A stretch of 64,000 nucleotides of DNA from Candidatus Moraniibacteriota bacterium (GCA_016699425.1 CP064975.1:194979-258978); one strand, 5' to 3'. Positions 17,822 through 26,565 are shown, numbered from the stretch's first letter. Translations and numbers: made by a program. The notes: a model not told the origin generated them from the letters alone.

Positions 17822-19846
17822 ATGCAAGAGAAGCATCATGACAAGCCATTGGGTTTGTCCAGTAGTCCGGCACCGATCGGCGCGTATGAGGGCATCGTCG
17901 CCCAGCGCCAGAATCCGCGCCGGCCAAAGCAGTCGCAGAAGCGATTTACTCGCCCGGCGGGACCGCGTCCTGAACGGACCGGTTCCACCTCGGTACCGGG
18001 TACATCGGCTGAGCCCAAACGGGCTAATCCGCGCGAAGGTGGCAAAGGCCGTCCGCAAGGTGGCGGAGGCAAGCATGGCGGCAAACGCGGTTTCGGCACC
18101 CAGCCGATCGTGCGCAATGTGAACGCCCGGAAGACCGGTGCGCCAGATGTCCCAGCGATCGAAGCTGGCAAACTCCGCATCATCCCGATTGGCGGCCAAG
18201 AAGAAGTCGGTCGCAACATGACGGTATTCGAATACGGTGAAGATATCATCATCATCGACATGGGTTTGCAATTCCCCGAGGAAGACATGCCGGGTATCGA
18301 CTATATCGTACCGAACGTCTCCTACCTCCGTGGTAAGGAAAAGAATATCCGTGGAGTGCTCTTCACTCACGGCCACCTCGATCACATCGGTGCCGCGCCG
18401 ATCCTTCTGAAACAGCTCAATTACCCGACTATCATCGGCCGTGACTTCACTCTCGCCCTCATCCAGCGCAAGTGTGAAGACGAAGAGAAGGGCTCGGCCA
18501 AGAAACTCAAAGCGATCCGAGTGAAATCGCTCACCGATCGGATCAAGCTCGGCATTTTCGAGATCCGCTTCTTTGAAGTCGAGCACTCGATCATGGACGC
18601 GATGGGTATCGCCATCGTCACACCGAATGGCTCGATCATCCACATGGGGGATTGGACGATCACGAACGATCCGATGGATTCGGCGGCGCCCGAAGTCAAT
18701 TACAATCATCTCGAGGAATTGCCGCAGCCGACCTTCCTTATGCTGGAGAGTCTCGGTGCTCTGAAAAAGGGTCTGCCGCCATCAGAGACGGAAGTCCACA
18801 CTAATCTCCAGAACCTCATCAAGAGCGCACCGGGGCGAATTATCATCGGCACGTTTGCTTCGCAGATTCGCCGGGTCGCCTACCTTATCGAGTATGCCGA
18901 ACGGCAGGGCAAGCGGGTCGCGCTCGAAGGCTACAGTATGAAGGTGAATATCGAAGTCGCTCAAGAACTCGGCTACTTGAAGGTGAAGAAGGAAACGTTG
19001 GTGCCCGTCGCAGATATCCACAAAGTGCCGAACAATCAGATCGTCGTCATCTGTACGGGCGCGCAGGGTGAACAGAACGCGGCGCTCTCGCGGATCGTCA
19101 CGGACAATCATCGTTTCATCAAACTGGAGAAATCCGACACCATCGTTTTCTCATCGTCCGTTATCCCGGGCAATGAACGCTCCATCCAGCGACTGAAGGA
19201 CAATCTCTACCGCAAGTGTGACAACGTGGTCCATTCGGACATCATGGAGATCCATATCGGTGGCCACGGCACTATCTGGGAGATCGAAGAGATCCTCCGT
19301 CAGGTGAAGGCCACCTATGTCTTGCCTGTCTATGCGAATCACTACTTTCTCAAGGAAGCCGCCCGGATCGCCTTCCGTCTCGGTTACCCGGAGAAAAATG
19401 TCTTCGTCCTCGACAATGGCGGCGTGCTCGAAGTCCCGAAATCAGGCGACGGTATGCCGAGTATCCGCAAGGAGAAAGCCGATGCGAGCTATGTCTTCGT
19501 CGACGGACTCGGTGTCGGGGACATCGGCCACGTCGTTCTCCGTGATCGCCAGATGCTGGCCCAAGACGGGATGCTCGCGGTGACGGTCGTCATCGACAGT
19601 CGGTCCAAGAAGGTGCTCGGCAATATCCAGATCACCTCACGCGGCTTCATCCATGTGAAGGAGAACTTCGACCTGGTGAACGAAGCGAAACGCAAGGTCC
19701 AGGATATCATCAAGAAGAATACCTCGAAGGACACCTCGCTCGATTGGGAATTGGTCCGCAATCAGATCCGCGAACAGATCGGTCAGTTCCTCTTCCAGAA
19801 GACGGAACGCCGACCGATGGTCTTGCCAGTAGTGGTCGAAGTGTAA
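17822..19846 (+). CDS. rnj: ribonuclease J (metallo-beta-lactamase/beta-CASP) with ~115-aa basic, low-complexity N-terminal extension
   Basis: KLRIIPIGGQEEVGRNMTVFEY...VLFTHGHLDHIGAAP...HIGGHG, RNase J signatures. First ATG in frame at 17822 (ORF-track start 17804 is TTG). The N-terminal ~115 aa are R/K/P/G-rich. Confidence 0.85.
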   Translation: MQEKHHDKPLGLSSSPAPIGAYEGIVAQRQNPRRPKQSQKRFTRPAGPRPERTGSTSVPGTSAEPKRANPREGGKGRPQGGGGKHGGKRGFGTQPIVRNVNARKTGAPDVPAIEAGKLRIIPIGGQEEVGRNMTVFEYGEDIIIIDMGLQFPEEDMPGIDYIVPNVSYLRGKEKNIRGVLFTHGHLDHIGAAPILLKQLNYPTIIGRDFTLALIQRKCEDEEKGSAKKLKAIRVKSLTDRIKLGIFEIRFFEVEHSIMDAMGIAIVTPNGSIIHMGDWTITNDPMDSAAPEVNYNHLEELPQPTFLMLESLGALKKGLPPSETEVHTNLQNLIKSAPGRIIIGTFASQIRRVAYLIEYAERQGKRVALEGYSMKVNIEVAQELGYLKVKKETLVPVADIHKVPNNQIVVICTGAQGEQNAALSRIVTDNHRFIKLEKSDTIVFSSSVIPGNERSIQRLKDNLYRKCDNVVHSDIMEIHIGGHGTIWEIEEILRQVKATYVLPVYANHYFLKEAARIAFRLGYPEKNVFVLDNGGVLEVPKSGDGMPSIRKEKADASYVFVDGLGVGDIGHVVLRDRQMLAQDGMLAVTVVIDSRSKKVLGNIQITSRGFIHVKENFDLVNEAKRKVQDIIKKNTSKDTSLDWELVRNQIREQIGQFLFQKTERRPMVLPVVVEV

Positions 19847-20107
19847 ACGAGAATCAAGAATCCGGAATCTTGAATCAAGAGAAAGCGGCCCGTGAAAAGG
19901 CTGCTTTTTTGATATCCAGAGGCAGTGATAGCTCCTCGGGACAAGGGGGAGGGTTGCCATTCTCGCCATCTCTTGCTATACCAGTAAGTCGGTGGTATCA
20001 GTCGGCCATCGGTTTTTGGTCTTTAACAGAAGAAAGTTCCGCCGGGTATCTCACTCGGCATTCCGCAATCGATGTCTATAGGGCATCGCAACGAAAAGGA
20101 GCAGCAA

Positions 20108-20608
20108 ATGGGCAAGAAGTCGATGCACGGTATCTCTCGCATGGACAATGATTCGAATCGGACGCATGGGTGGCTTGTCACGATTCAACGACGAGGGGAG
20201 ATCTATCGAATGCTTTTCAGTGACAAGAAACAAGGCGGGAAGAAGAAAGCGCTTACTGTCGCCAAAGCCTTCCGGGATGCGATCATCGCGGAGTATCCGC
20301 TGTTCTCGAAGCAGGAGCATGCCAATCTCAAGAAGCGCAGCAATCAATCTGGTATCGTCGGTGTCTGTCGTGTGGTGGCTTTTGAGACGAAGACCCTGCC
20401 ACCCGAGAAACAGCGCTGGAATTGGGTCGCGGCCTGGCCACTGCCGGATGGGCGGCGGAAGCGGGTGAAGTTCTCGGTTCAGAAGTTCGGAGAGGAACAG
20501 GCGCGTGCGTTGGCCATCAGAGCACGCGAGGAAGGTCTGAAGGCCCTCGAAGGGGATTTCGACCCGCACCGTGAACGCGTTCGCCGTGCTCGACTGCGTC
20601 AGAAGTGA
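20108..20608 (+). CDS. tandem AP2-like DNA-binding domain protein (two AP2/integrase-type domains)
   Basis: GGAG RBS 7 nt before ATG 20108. Two repeats: HGWLVTIQRRGEIYRMLF...ALTVAKAFRDA and SGIVGVCRVV...RWNWVAAWPLPDGRRKRVKFSVQKFGEEQARALAIRAREEG, of the AP2 form GV..R.RW.A.I...G...LG.F...EEA..AY. Confidence 0.5.
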   Translation: MGKKSMHGISRMDNDSNRTHGWLVTIQRRGEIYRMLFSDKKQGGKKKALTVAKAFRDAIIAEYPLFSKQEHANLKKRSNQSGIVGVCRVVAFETKTLPPEKQRWNWVAAWPLPDGRRKRVKFSVQKFGEEQARALAIRAREEGLKALEGDFDPHRERVRRARLRQK

Positions 20609-20629
20609 AGGGTCGATCGAGTTCGAGTC

Positions 20630-20668
20630 AGGCCGTGGAGGTATTTATCTCTGCGGCCGATTTTTTTC
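20630..20668 (+). terminator. terminator-like hairpin plus T-run after AP2 gene
   Basis: GGCCG...CGGCC stem with a 20-nt loop, followed by GATTTTTTT. Confidence 0.35.
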
Positions 20669-20670
20669 TG

Positions 20671-20679
20671 TGCTACAAT
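20671..20679 (+). promoter_or_regulatory. extended -10 element (TGcTACAAT) upstream of trpS
   Basis: TGCTACAAT ends 26 nt before ATG 20705. Confidence 0.35.
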
Positions 20680-20704
20680 GTATCCATTCTAACTCTTTTT
20701 GGCT

Positions 20705-21937
20705 ATGCAAAGACTTTTTTCGGGCATTCAGCCTTCCGGCAATCTGCATCTCGGCAATTACCTGGGGGCCATCAAACAGTGGCTCGCGTTGCAGGACGAA
20801 TACGAGGCGATTTTCTGCGTGGTGGATATGCATGCCATCACCGTGCCGCAGGATCCCTCGGAACTAAGGAAGAAGACGATCGAGATCGCCAAGATCTATC
20901 TGGCCGCCGGCATCGACCCGAAGAAGTCGACCCTCTTCATCCAATCACAGATTTCGGGTCATGCGCAGCTCGCGTGGGTACTGAATACGATTACACAGAA
21001 TGGTGATCTGATGCGGATGACTCAGTTTAAAAGTAAGTCTGGAGTTGATCTAGATAGGTTTCAAGAATTTTTTGATACTCTTTTCAAGGACAGAGAAGCG
21101 CTTGAAGAAGGAGCTGAAAATTATAAGAAATCGCTGGCTTCTCATAAGTCTACATTAAGCAAAAGAAGCAATTCTGAGGGAGATAAAGACTTGGATATCA
21201 TGGATCAGGTCCTGCTCTTGTCTAAGGAAATTTATAAGGATGGCGCGATGAATACCTTCAATGCTTTTAAGGAAGGATTTCAGGGCATGGTTAAAGAACC
21301 GTTTAACTCTATTGGCGTCGGTCTCTTTGACTACCCCGTGCTTATGGCGGCGGATATCTTGCTCTATGACGCGGCAGTGGTACCGGTCGGAGAGGATCAA
21401 AAGCAGCATGTGGAATTGACCCGCGATCTGGCGCAGCGGTTTAATTCACGCTTTGGCGAGACCTTCGTGGTGCCCGAACCGCTCATCCAGCGCGAGGGCG
21501 CCCGTATCATGGGGTTCGATGACCCGACGAAAAAGATGTCGAAATCAGCTGCGAGCGAATACAACTCTATCGCACTCAGTGATGATGCCGATACGATCCG
21601 GAAGAAAATTAAGAAAGCCGTGACGGACTCGGGTAGCGAAATCGTCTACCGCGACGACAAGCCGGCCCTCAAAAACCTCATCAATATCTATACGTTGCTG
21701 TCGGGAAAGAAAGTCGACGAGGTTGAAGCGATGTATGTCGGCCGTGGCTACGGTGATTTCAAGGCGGGCCTGGCCGAAGTGATCGTAGATTTTCTTGTAC
21801 CGTTTCAGGCTCGGCTCGCGGCGATCTCGGACGAGGCTGTGCTGGAAATACTGGCAGCGGGTCGTGAGAAAGCCAAAGCATTGGCGGTAGCGAAGATGCG
21901 TCAGGTGCACGAGCGAGTCGGTTTTATTCCGTACTAG
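20705..21937 (+). CDS. trpS: tryptophanyl-tRNA synthetase with ~90-aa AT-rich insertion
   Basis: RLFSGIQPSGNLHLGNYLGA (HIGH-type motif), VPVGEDQKQHVELTRDLAQRFN, KMSKS at KKMSKSAAS. The insertion between MTQFKSKSG and GLFDYPVLMAADI spans ~21040-21320 at about 38% GC. Confidence 0.9.
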   Translation: MQRLFSGIQPSGNLHLGNYLGAIKQWLALQDEYEAIFCVVDMHAITVPQDPSELRKKTIEIAKIYLAAGIDPKKSTLFIQSQISGHAQLAWVLNTITQNGDLMRMTQFKSKSGVDLDRFQEFFDTLFKDREALEEGAENYKKSLASHKSTLSKRSNSEGDKDLDIMDQVLLLSKEIYKDGAMNTFNAFKEGFQGMVKEPFNSIGVGLFDYPVLMAADILLYDAAVVPVGEDQKQHVELTRDLAQRFNSRFGETFVVPEPLIQREGARIMGFDDPTKKMSKSAASEYNSIALSDDADTIRKKIKKAVTDSGSEIVYRDDKPALKNLINIYTLLSGKKVDEVEAMYVGRGYGDFKAGLAEVIVDFLVPFQARLAAISDEAVLEILAAGREKAKALAVAKMRQVHERVGFIPY

Positions 21938-21979
21938 CACCGAGTCAGATAATATAGCAGGTTTCTCGTCGTCGGATTC

Positions 21980-22008
21980 TTGACAGCAGAAAAGAACAGC
22001 GGTATCTT
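21980..22008 (+). promoter_or_regulatory. sigma70-like promoter TTGACA-17-TATCTT
   Basis: Perfect -35 TTGACA at 21980-21985, 17-nt spacer, TATCTT at 22003-22008. It points into a non-coding region. Confidence 0.45.
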
Positions 22009-22014
22009 CATAAT

Positions 22015-22190
22015 ATATGGTTATTTGTGAGGACGAGGTGTTCTTTTGTGGCAGGGGTGCGAGATCCTACGACGGTGGGATGGCCAGCTCGCCTTCTCCC
22101 AAGCCCTGGCAAGGGTGATGCCTGGGAGCCTGCCGCCATGAGAACATCTCGCAACAAAGAACCCGCTCTCCAATTCTGGAGGCGGGTTTT
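22015..22190 (+). ncRNA. candidate small RNA (~175 nt) bounded by promoter and intrinsic terminator
   Basis: Promoter at 21980-22008. GC-rich structured sequence ending in hairpin AACCCGCTCTCC-AATTCT-GGAGGCGGGTT plus TTTT (22160-22190). I could not match it to RNase P, tmRNA, SRP or 6S conserved motifs. Overlapping ORFs 22027..22302(+) and 22008..22316(-) have no protein-like features. Confidence 0.35.
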
Positions 22191-22239
22191 CCCGTTGTGG
22201 GGCGTGAAGTTTGTGCCACGAGAGCCGTATTCTACGCTT

Positions 22240-22767
22240 CTACGCAGGAAACGTGACGTATTTTCTGAGCCACTCACCCAGGCCGAGTTCCTCGAATCCT
22301 GACTCATAACGGGCATGTTGGAAGAGGGCTTGCATCTCGCTGAGCTTTTCTTGGTTGAACTCAGAGACTTCTTCGGTCATAGGTGTCGGCGTGACGGTCA
22401 TCGGAGATATGCCACTGGCCGGGACTCGACGGTGTTTCTCGATGTACGCCATGAGTCCTTGGAGTGTGGGGAGCCCGGCTAGGGGATAGTCTTTGACGAG
22501 AGCGCCGTCGCACACCCCATCGAGGGGGATGGGGATGTTGTGATCGAGGAGGCGTCGAACCAGGGCTTGCTTCTCTTTGAGATGACGCTTCGCCTGTGCT
22601 TGTTGGCTGGTCGCCTCAAACCACCAGAACCGGGCCATCATGGCATAGCCGCGCGTCAGTCCATGAGCGATGTTCAGGCAATCCCACCTGCGCTTTTTCT
22701 TCATCTGCAGCTCTCCTTGGTGGAGAAGTGTCTCGGTCACCCTGGAGGCATCGTCTCGGCCGAACAT
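22240..22767 (-). CDS. hypothetical protein (start uncertain)
   Basis: ORF-track 22240..22974(-). Its first ~50 codons overlap the intrinsic terminator of the upstream PMM gene, so the start is likely the internal Met (MFGRDDASRV...) at 22767 or later. No recognisable domain. Confidence 0.4.
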   Translation of the reverse strand: MFGRDDASRVTETLLHQGELQMKKKRRWDCLNIAHGLTRGYAMMARFWWFEATSQQAQAKRHLKEKQALVRRLLDHNIPIPLDGVCDGALVKDYPLAGLPTLQGLMAYIEKHRRVPASGISPMTVTPTPMTEEVSEFNQEKLSEMQALFQHARYESGFEELGLGEWLRKYVTFPA

Positions 22768-22929
22768 TCCCGGCGGACCACCTTCGAAGGTGTTGAGAGC
22801 AGTGATGTAGAAATCCAGAGCGAACCGATACGCGGGGAAGTGGGCGCGGCACCATTGGCCGATGATGCGTGATATTTTCTGCACGGCTGAGATCCTTTCG
22901 AATGAGTTGATAATGAACCGCTGAGCCAG

Positions 22930-22954
22930 AAAAAAACCACGCCTTTCGGGGTGG
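22930..22954 (-). terminator. rho-independent terminator downstream of PMM/PGM gene (minus strand)
   Basis: Minus-strand hairpin CCACCCCGAAAGGCGTGG followed by TTTTTTT (plus-strand A-run at 22930-22936). Confidence 0.5.
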
Positions 22955-23040
22955 TCAGACCACGGTGGTCTCAAGTATTCGCTTGTTTTTCGTGTGGCTC
23001 ATTGTGAACCAGTATACTCGCCTCCGAAAAATCTGGCAAG

Positions 23041-24375
23041 TTACCCCCGGATGATTGCGAGGAGCTCATCGCGCTTTTCGATCATATGTGCCTCGGTGTC
23101 GGCTTCCATCGTGAGCCGAAGTAAGGGCTCGGTGTTGGACGGGCGGACATTGAACCACCAGTCGGGGTATTCGATTTTCAGTCCGTCGAGGTCATGCTGT
23201 TTACCATCAGCGTACTTTTCTCGGAGTCGCATGAGGACGGCGTCTTTGTCCTCGACCTCACTATTGATCTCGCCCGAGTGGACGTACCGGCGGAGCTCGC
23301 CCACAAGCTCGGAAAGCGTCCGACCCGTCTCAGCCATCAGGTTCAAGAGGTGGATGGCGACGAGGGTCGAGGCCTCGGCATAAGAGTTTTCGACAAAGTA
23401 GTAGTGGCCCGAGAGTTCGCCCGCAAAGATGGCACCATCATCACGCATCTGGCGTTTGATGAACGCATGACCGACACGACATTCGATGGCCCGGCCGCCC
23501 TTGGACTCGATGGCTTCTTTCACGGCGCGTGATGAACGCAGGTCGTACAGGATGGTCGCGCCGGGGTTTTTCTCCAGGACGATCTGCGCCACGAGCCCCG
23601 TGATCAGGTCCATCGGGATGACGACACCGTGCTCATCCACGAAGCCGATGCGGTCGGCATCGCCGTCGTAGGCGATCCCCATATCGGCGCCTTTTTCCTT
23701 CACCAGCGCGCACAGCTCGTCGAGGGTTTCGGTTTTGAGCGGGTTGGCTTCATGGGCCGAAAAAGGCTGGGACAGGTCGTTGTACAGGTTGTAGATGGTG
23801 AGGTTGTCTTTGAAGGCGTCATAGATGGGGAGCTCGACGATGCCCATCGCATTGGCTGTATCGATGGCGAGCGTGAAGCGCCGGTCGCCAAGTTTGCCAA
23901 AGGACGCAAAGAACGCATAGTAGGCAGGACGAATGTCTTCTTCGGTCAGCGTGCCGCGGGTCGTGCTTTCGGGAAAATTGTTGGCAAGGACCAGGTCACG
24001 GATGTCGGAGAGACCGGTTTTCTCACCGACCGGGATGGCGCCTTTCAAATCAACCTTGATGCCATTGTATTCTGGGGGATTGTGCGAGGCGGTGATAGCG
24101 ACGGCCAGGTCGACATCGAGCCGGCCCGCCGCGAAGTGCACCATGGGTGTCGTGACGACACCGAGGTCGACGACGTCCCCACCCTGGTCCATGACGCCCC
24201 GAGTGAAGGCTTCAAAGAGGGCAGGGGAGGAAGCACGGACGTCGCGGCCGACGGCGATTTTCGTTGCTTGGAAATGCACGATGAGCGCGCGGCCGATACG
24301 GTAGGCGGTTTCATCATCGATGTCAGGCCCGTACACACCGCGGATATCGTACGCTTTGAAGATGCCAGGATTCAT
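23041..24375 (-). CDS. phosphomannomutase/phosphoglucomutase (alpha-D-phosphohexomutase family)
   Basis: MNPGIFKAYDIRGVYG N-terminus, active-site TASHNPPEYNGIK, GGRAIECRVGHAF. With the PGI/PMI and ManC genes it completes a GDP-mannose route. Confidence 0.85.
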   Translation of the reverse strand: MNPGIFKAYDIRGVYGPDIDDETAYRIGRALIVHFQATKIAVGRDVRASSPALFEAFTRGVMDQGGDVVDLGVVTTPMVHFAAGRLDVDLAVAITASHNPPEYNGIKVDLKGAIPVGEKTGLSDIRDLVLANNFPESTTRGTLTEEDIRPAYYAFFASFGKLGDRRFTLAIDTANAMGIVELPIYDAFKDNLTIYNLYNDLSQPFSAHEANPLKTETLDELCALVKEKGADMGIAYDGDADRIGFVDEHGVVIPMDLITGLVAQIVLEKNPGATILYDLRSSRAVKEAIESKGGRAIECRVGHAFIKRQMRDDGAIFAGELSGHYYFVENSYAEASTLVAIHLLNLMAETGRTLSELVGELRRYVHSGEINSEVEDKDAVLMRLREKYADGKQHDLDGLKIEYPDWWFNVRPSNTEPLLRLTMEADTEAHMIEKRDELLAIIRG

Positions 24376-24719
24376 AGCGAAAAAATCGATGAAAATTATT
24401 GCTTGCAGTATATCATGCGGTCGCGAGAGGAAAAGGGCAGTGTGTCCTAGCTAAGTAAGCCAGTACGGTCGAAATAGTGTGCATCCGGACCGATTTGTTC
24501 TGACCCGACGTGGGCGGGGCATCGGCCCTTGACAGATTTTCTGGATGTGCTAGGATGTCTCGAACTGCCAGTTTGTTGCGAGGCCGACTCCCGAAGTGGG
24601 ATAAAAGCCTGCTTCGGCAGTTTGCACAGCCCTTTGACAAGAAACGGGACCGCACTTCAGTGCCGGCCCACCTTTGCTAGGGGTTGTTTTTTTTGTATCA
24701 CAACCTGAAAGGAAAGAGC

Positions 24720-25118
24720 ATGAAAAAGCAAATGAAGGTCGCCGCGTTGGTCATCGCCATCGGCTTCGGCGGTATCGCCCAGGCGGCCGAGTCCGGGCTG
24801 AACGGCTACATTGGCGGTTTCGCCAATGGTAGCGGCAGTGTCGGGTTCTCCGGCCAGTTCCAGGGTGCCGCCGGCACCAACTCGTGGATCGGCCAGACGG
24901 GCGTGAACGTATCGGGCTCGATCGACGGAAGCGGCTTCGGCAGGGGGGTAGATTTGTTCGGCACCAGCCAAGCAGCATCGATCGCGCAGATCAACCGTGG
25001 CGGAGCCTTCACGAGTGCGTCGTCCAGGACGTCCAGCTCGGTAACGGTCGAAGGCCCCGGGTCGGGCAACACCAATAGCAATTCGGCCACCGGCGGGAAC
25101 GCCCAGTTTCGCTGGTAA
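24720..25118 (+). CDS. secreted glycine/serine-rich small protein (high-GC island)
   Basis: GAAAGG RBS. MKKQMKVAALVIAIGFGGIAQA signal peptide. G/S/N-rich body. About 65% GC. Confidence 0.55.
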   Translation: MKKQMKVAALVIAIGFGGIAQAAESGLNGYIGGFANGSGSVGFSGQFQGAAGTNSWIGQTGVNVSGSIDGSGFGRGVDLFGTSQAASIAQINRGGAFTSASSRTSSSVTVEGPGSGNTNSNSATGGNAQFRW

Positions 25119-25261
25119 AGGTCGGCAAGCAGTACCGGTGCCGGGACAACACATCGTCCCGGTCCGGGCAACAAGCAAGACAAAAGGGTTCGAGGAAGAA
25201 GTTATTCCCCGGGCCCTTTTCACTACCTTTTTTTGAAACAAACAACATAGGAGTAGTAAAA

Positions 25262-26374
25262 ATGAAGAACCGCAAAAGTAGCATCATCGCGGCGTCGATT
25301 GCTGCGCTCACCACGTTTGCGCTGCCCATGGCGGCGCACGCGCAGTTGGCCGCAACCGGCACCGGGGTCTCGAGCTCCGCATCAAACGCCGCCGCCCAAG
25401 GCGGCCAAGGCGGCCAAGGCGGGCTGGGCGGAGTGGGCACGGGGACTGGCATCGGCAGCGCGGCGAGCAACTCCCAGGCGAGCTTGATAATCGGCAGTCC
25501 GCTGACCGCACCGGTCAGCGCTAGCGGTGGCTCGGCCGGAGCGTCCATCACGGGCGTCGACCTGAAGACGGGGGACGCCAGCGCCGGCGTCACTGTCGAC
25601 TTCAAGCCGTCGTCGACGACGGCTATGACGTTTGAGGCCTCAAAAATCCCGCTGCAGTCGGCGGGCATCCCGAGTGCCACACCTGGGCAGGCGCAACTGT
25701 TCATCTCGAACGGCGCCACCAACCCTCCTACGATCGCCGGGATCGCTCTCTCGCGCTGGGCGAGGCAGACCTGCAATCAGGTCGCAACGCGCACGCATCG
25801 TGGTTCGTCCGAGGTGGTCAAGGGTAGTTCGGGCGACACGACGATCCGCGCGACGTATTACGCGGACTTCGACAAACGGTTCGCGACCGATACCACCGCA
25901 CCGATGGTGTCGTTCGGACTCCCCGGGCCGAATACACCAGCTGTCTGTCTCGCGGTGCTTACCATTCAGGGCAAGAACGGAACGGTGGACATCAATACCA
26001 CCGACAATGACGCCGAGGCATTCGCTCTGGCCATGAGTGGATTCGAGCGGATCTACATCGTCTCCCCGGAATCGGCTATCGGCGGCGCGCTCGGCGTCGA
26101 GTCGGATGGCCGGGGTTTCGGTGTCGGCGCTTCGGGTGTCGGGTTGGCTGGTGCTGTTACCTCGGCTCTCGGCCTTTCGGGTGGCGTGAATAGTGGCACC
26201 ACGACACCGTCTACCCGGATCGGCAGTACCTACGTCCTCCTGGCGAAGCCGCAGGCACATGGCGCTTCGGCGGTCATGAGCATGAGTGACTTCGATGCGT
26301 ACCATGCCCGGATGATGGCACCGACGGCACCCGCTGGCGTCGGCGTGAGGGAAGCGGCCGGCGCAAGGAAGTAA
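25262..26374 (+). CDS. secreted Gly/Ala/Ser-rich protein (high-GC island)
   Basis: GGAG RBS. MKNRKSSIIAASIAALTTFALPMAAHA signal peptide. QGGQGGQGGLGG repeats. About 66% GC with many shadow ORFs. Confidence 0.55.
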   Translation: MKNRKSSIIAASIAALTTFALPMAAHAQLAATGTGVSSSASNAAAQGGQGGQGGLGGVGTGTGIGSAASNSQASLIIGSPLTAPVSASGGSAGASITGVDLKTGDASAGVTVDFKPSSTTAMTFEASKIPLQSAGIPSATPGQAQLFISNGATNPPTIAGIALSRWARQTCNQVATRTHRGSSEVVKGSSGDTTIRATYYADFDKRFATDTTAPMVSFGLPGPNTPAVCLAVLTIQGKNGTVDINTTDNDAEAFALAMSGFERIYIVSPESAIGGALGVESDGRGFGVGASGVGLAGAVTSALGLSGGVNSGTTTPSTRIGSTYVLLAKPQAHGASAVMSMSDFDAYHARMMAPTAPAGVGVREAAGARK

Positions 26375-26395
26375 CCACTTCAATCGCGGCAGCAA

Positions 26396-26461
26396 GGGAC
26401 TAGTTTCTCCATATACTCTCAACCGAGAGGACGTGGAGAGCTAGTCCCGTTTTTTTTTTTT
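26396..26461 (+). terminator. strong rho-independent terminator
   Basis: GGGACTAGTTTCTCCA...TGGAGAGCTAGTCCC stem followed by T12. Confidence 0.65.
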
Positions 26462-26565
26462 GACCAAAGCGGACTTTCCTGGAAGAATGGAGACTCCTTT
26501 TCGTTTTCTATTTTGATATTTGCCTTTTGATTCCTGCCCTGTGAAATATTGCAAATCCGGACTAT

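Noticed and set aside
22020-22200. Possible RNase P RNA / tmRNA / SRP RNA
   Set aside because: I looked for GGAAAGTCCGG, AGGGTGAAANGGTGCGGTAAGAGCGCACC, ACAGAACCCGGCTTA (RNase P), GGGG…UUCGACGG with a 3' T-arm-ACCA (tmRNA), and GGAAGG(C/A)AGCA (SRP). Only weak partial resemblances, so not called.
22008-22316. ORFs 22027..22302(+) and 22008..22316(-) in the trpS-downstream intergenic region
   Set aside because: The translations are low-complexity with no start context. The region is better explained as a promoter/terminator-bounded non-coding RNA.
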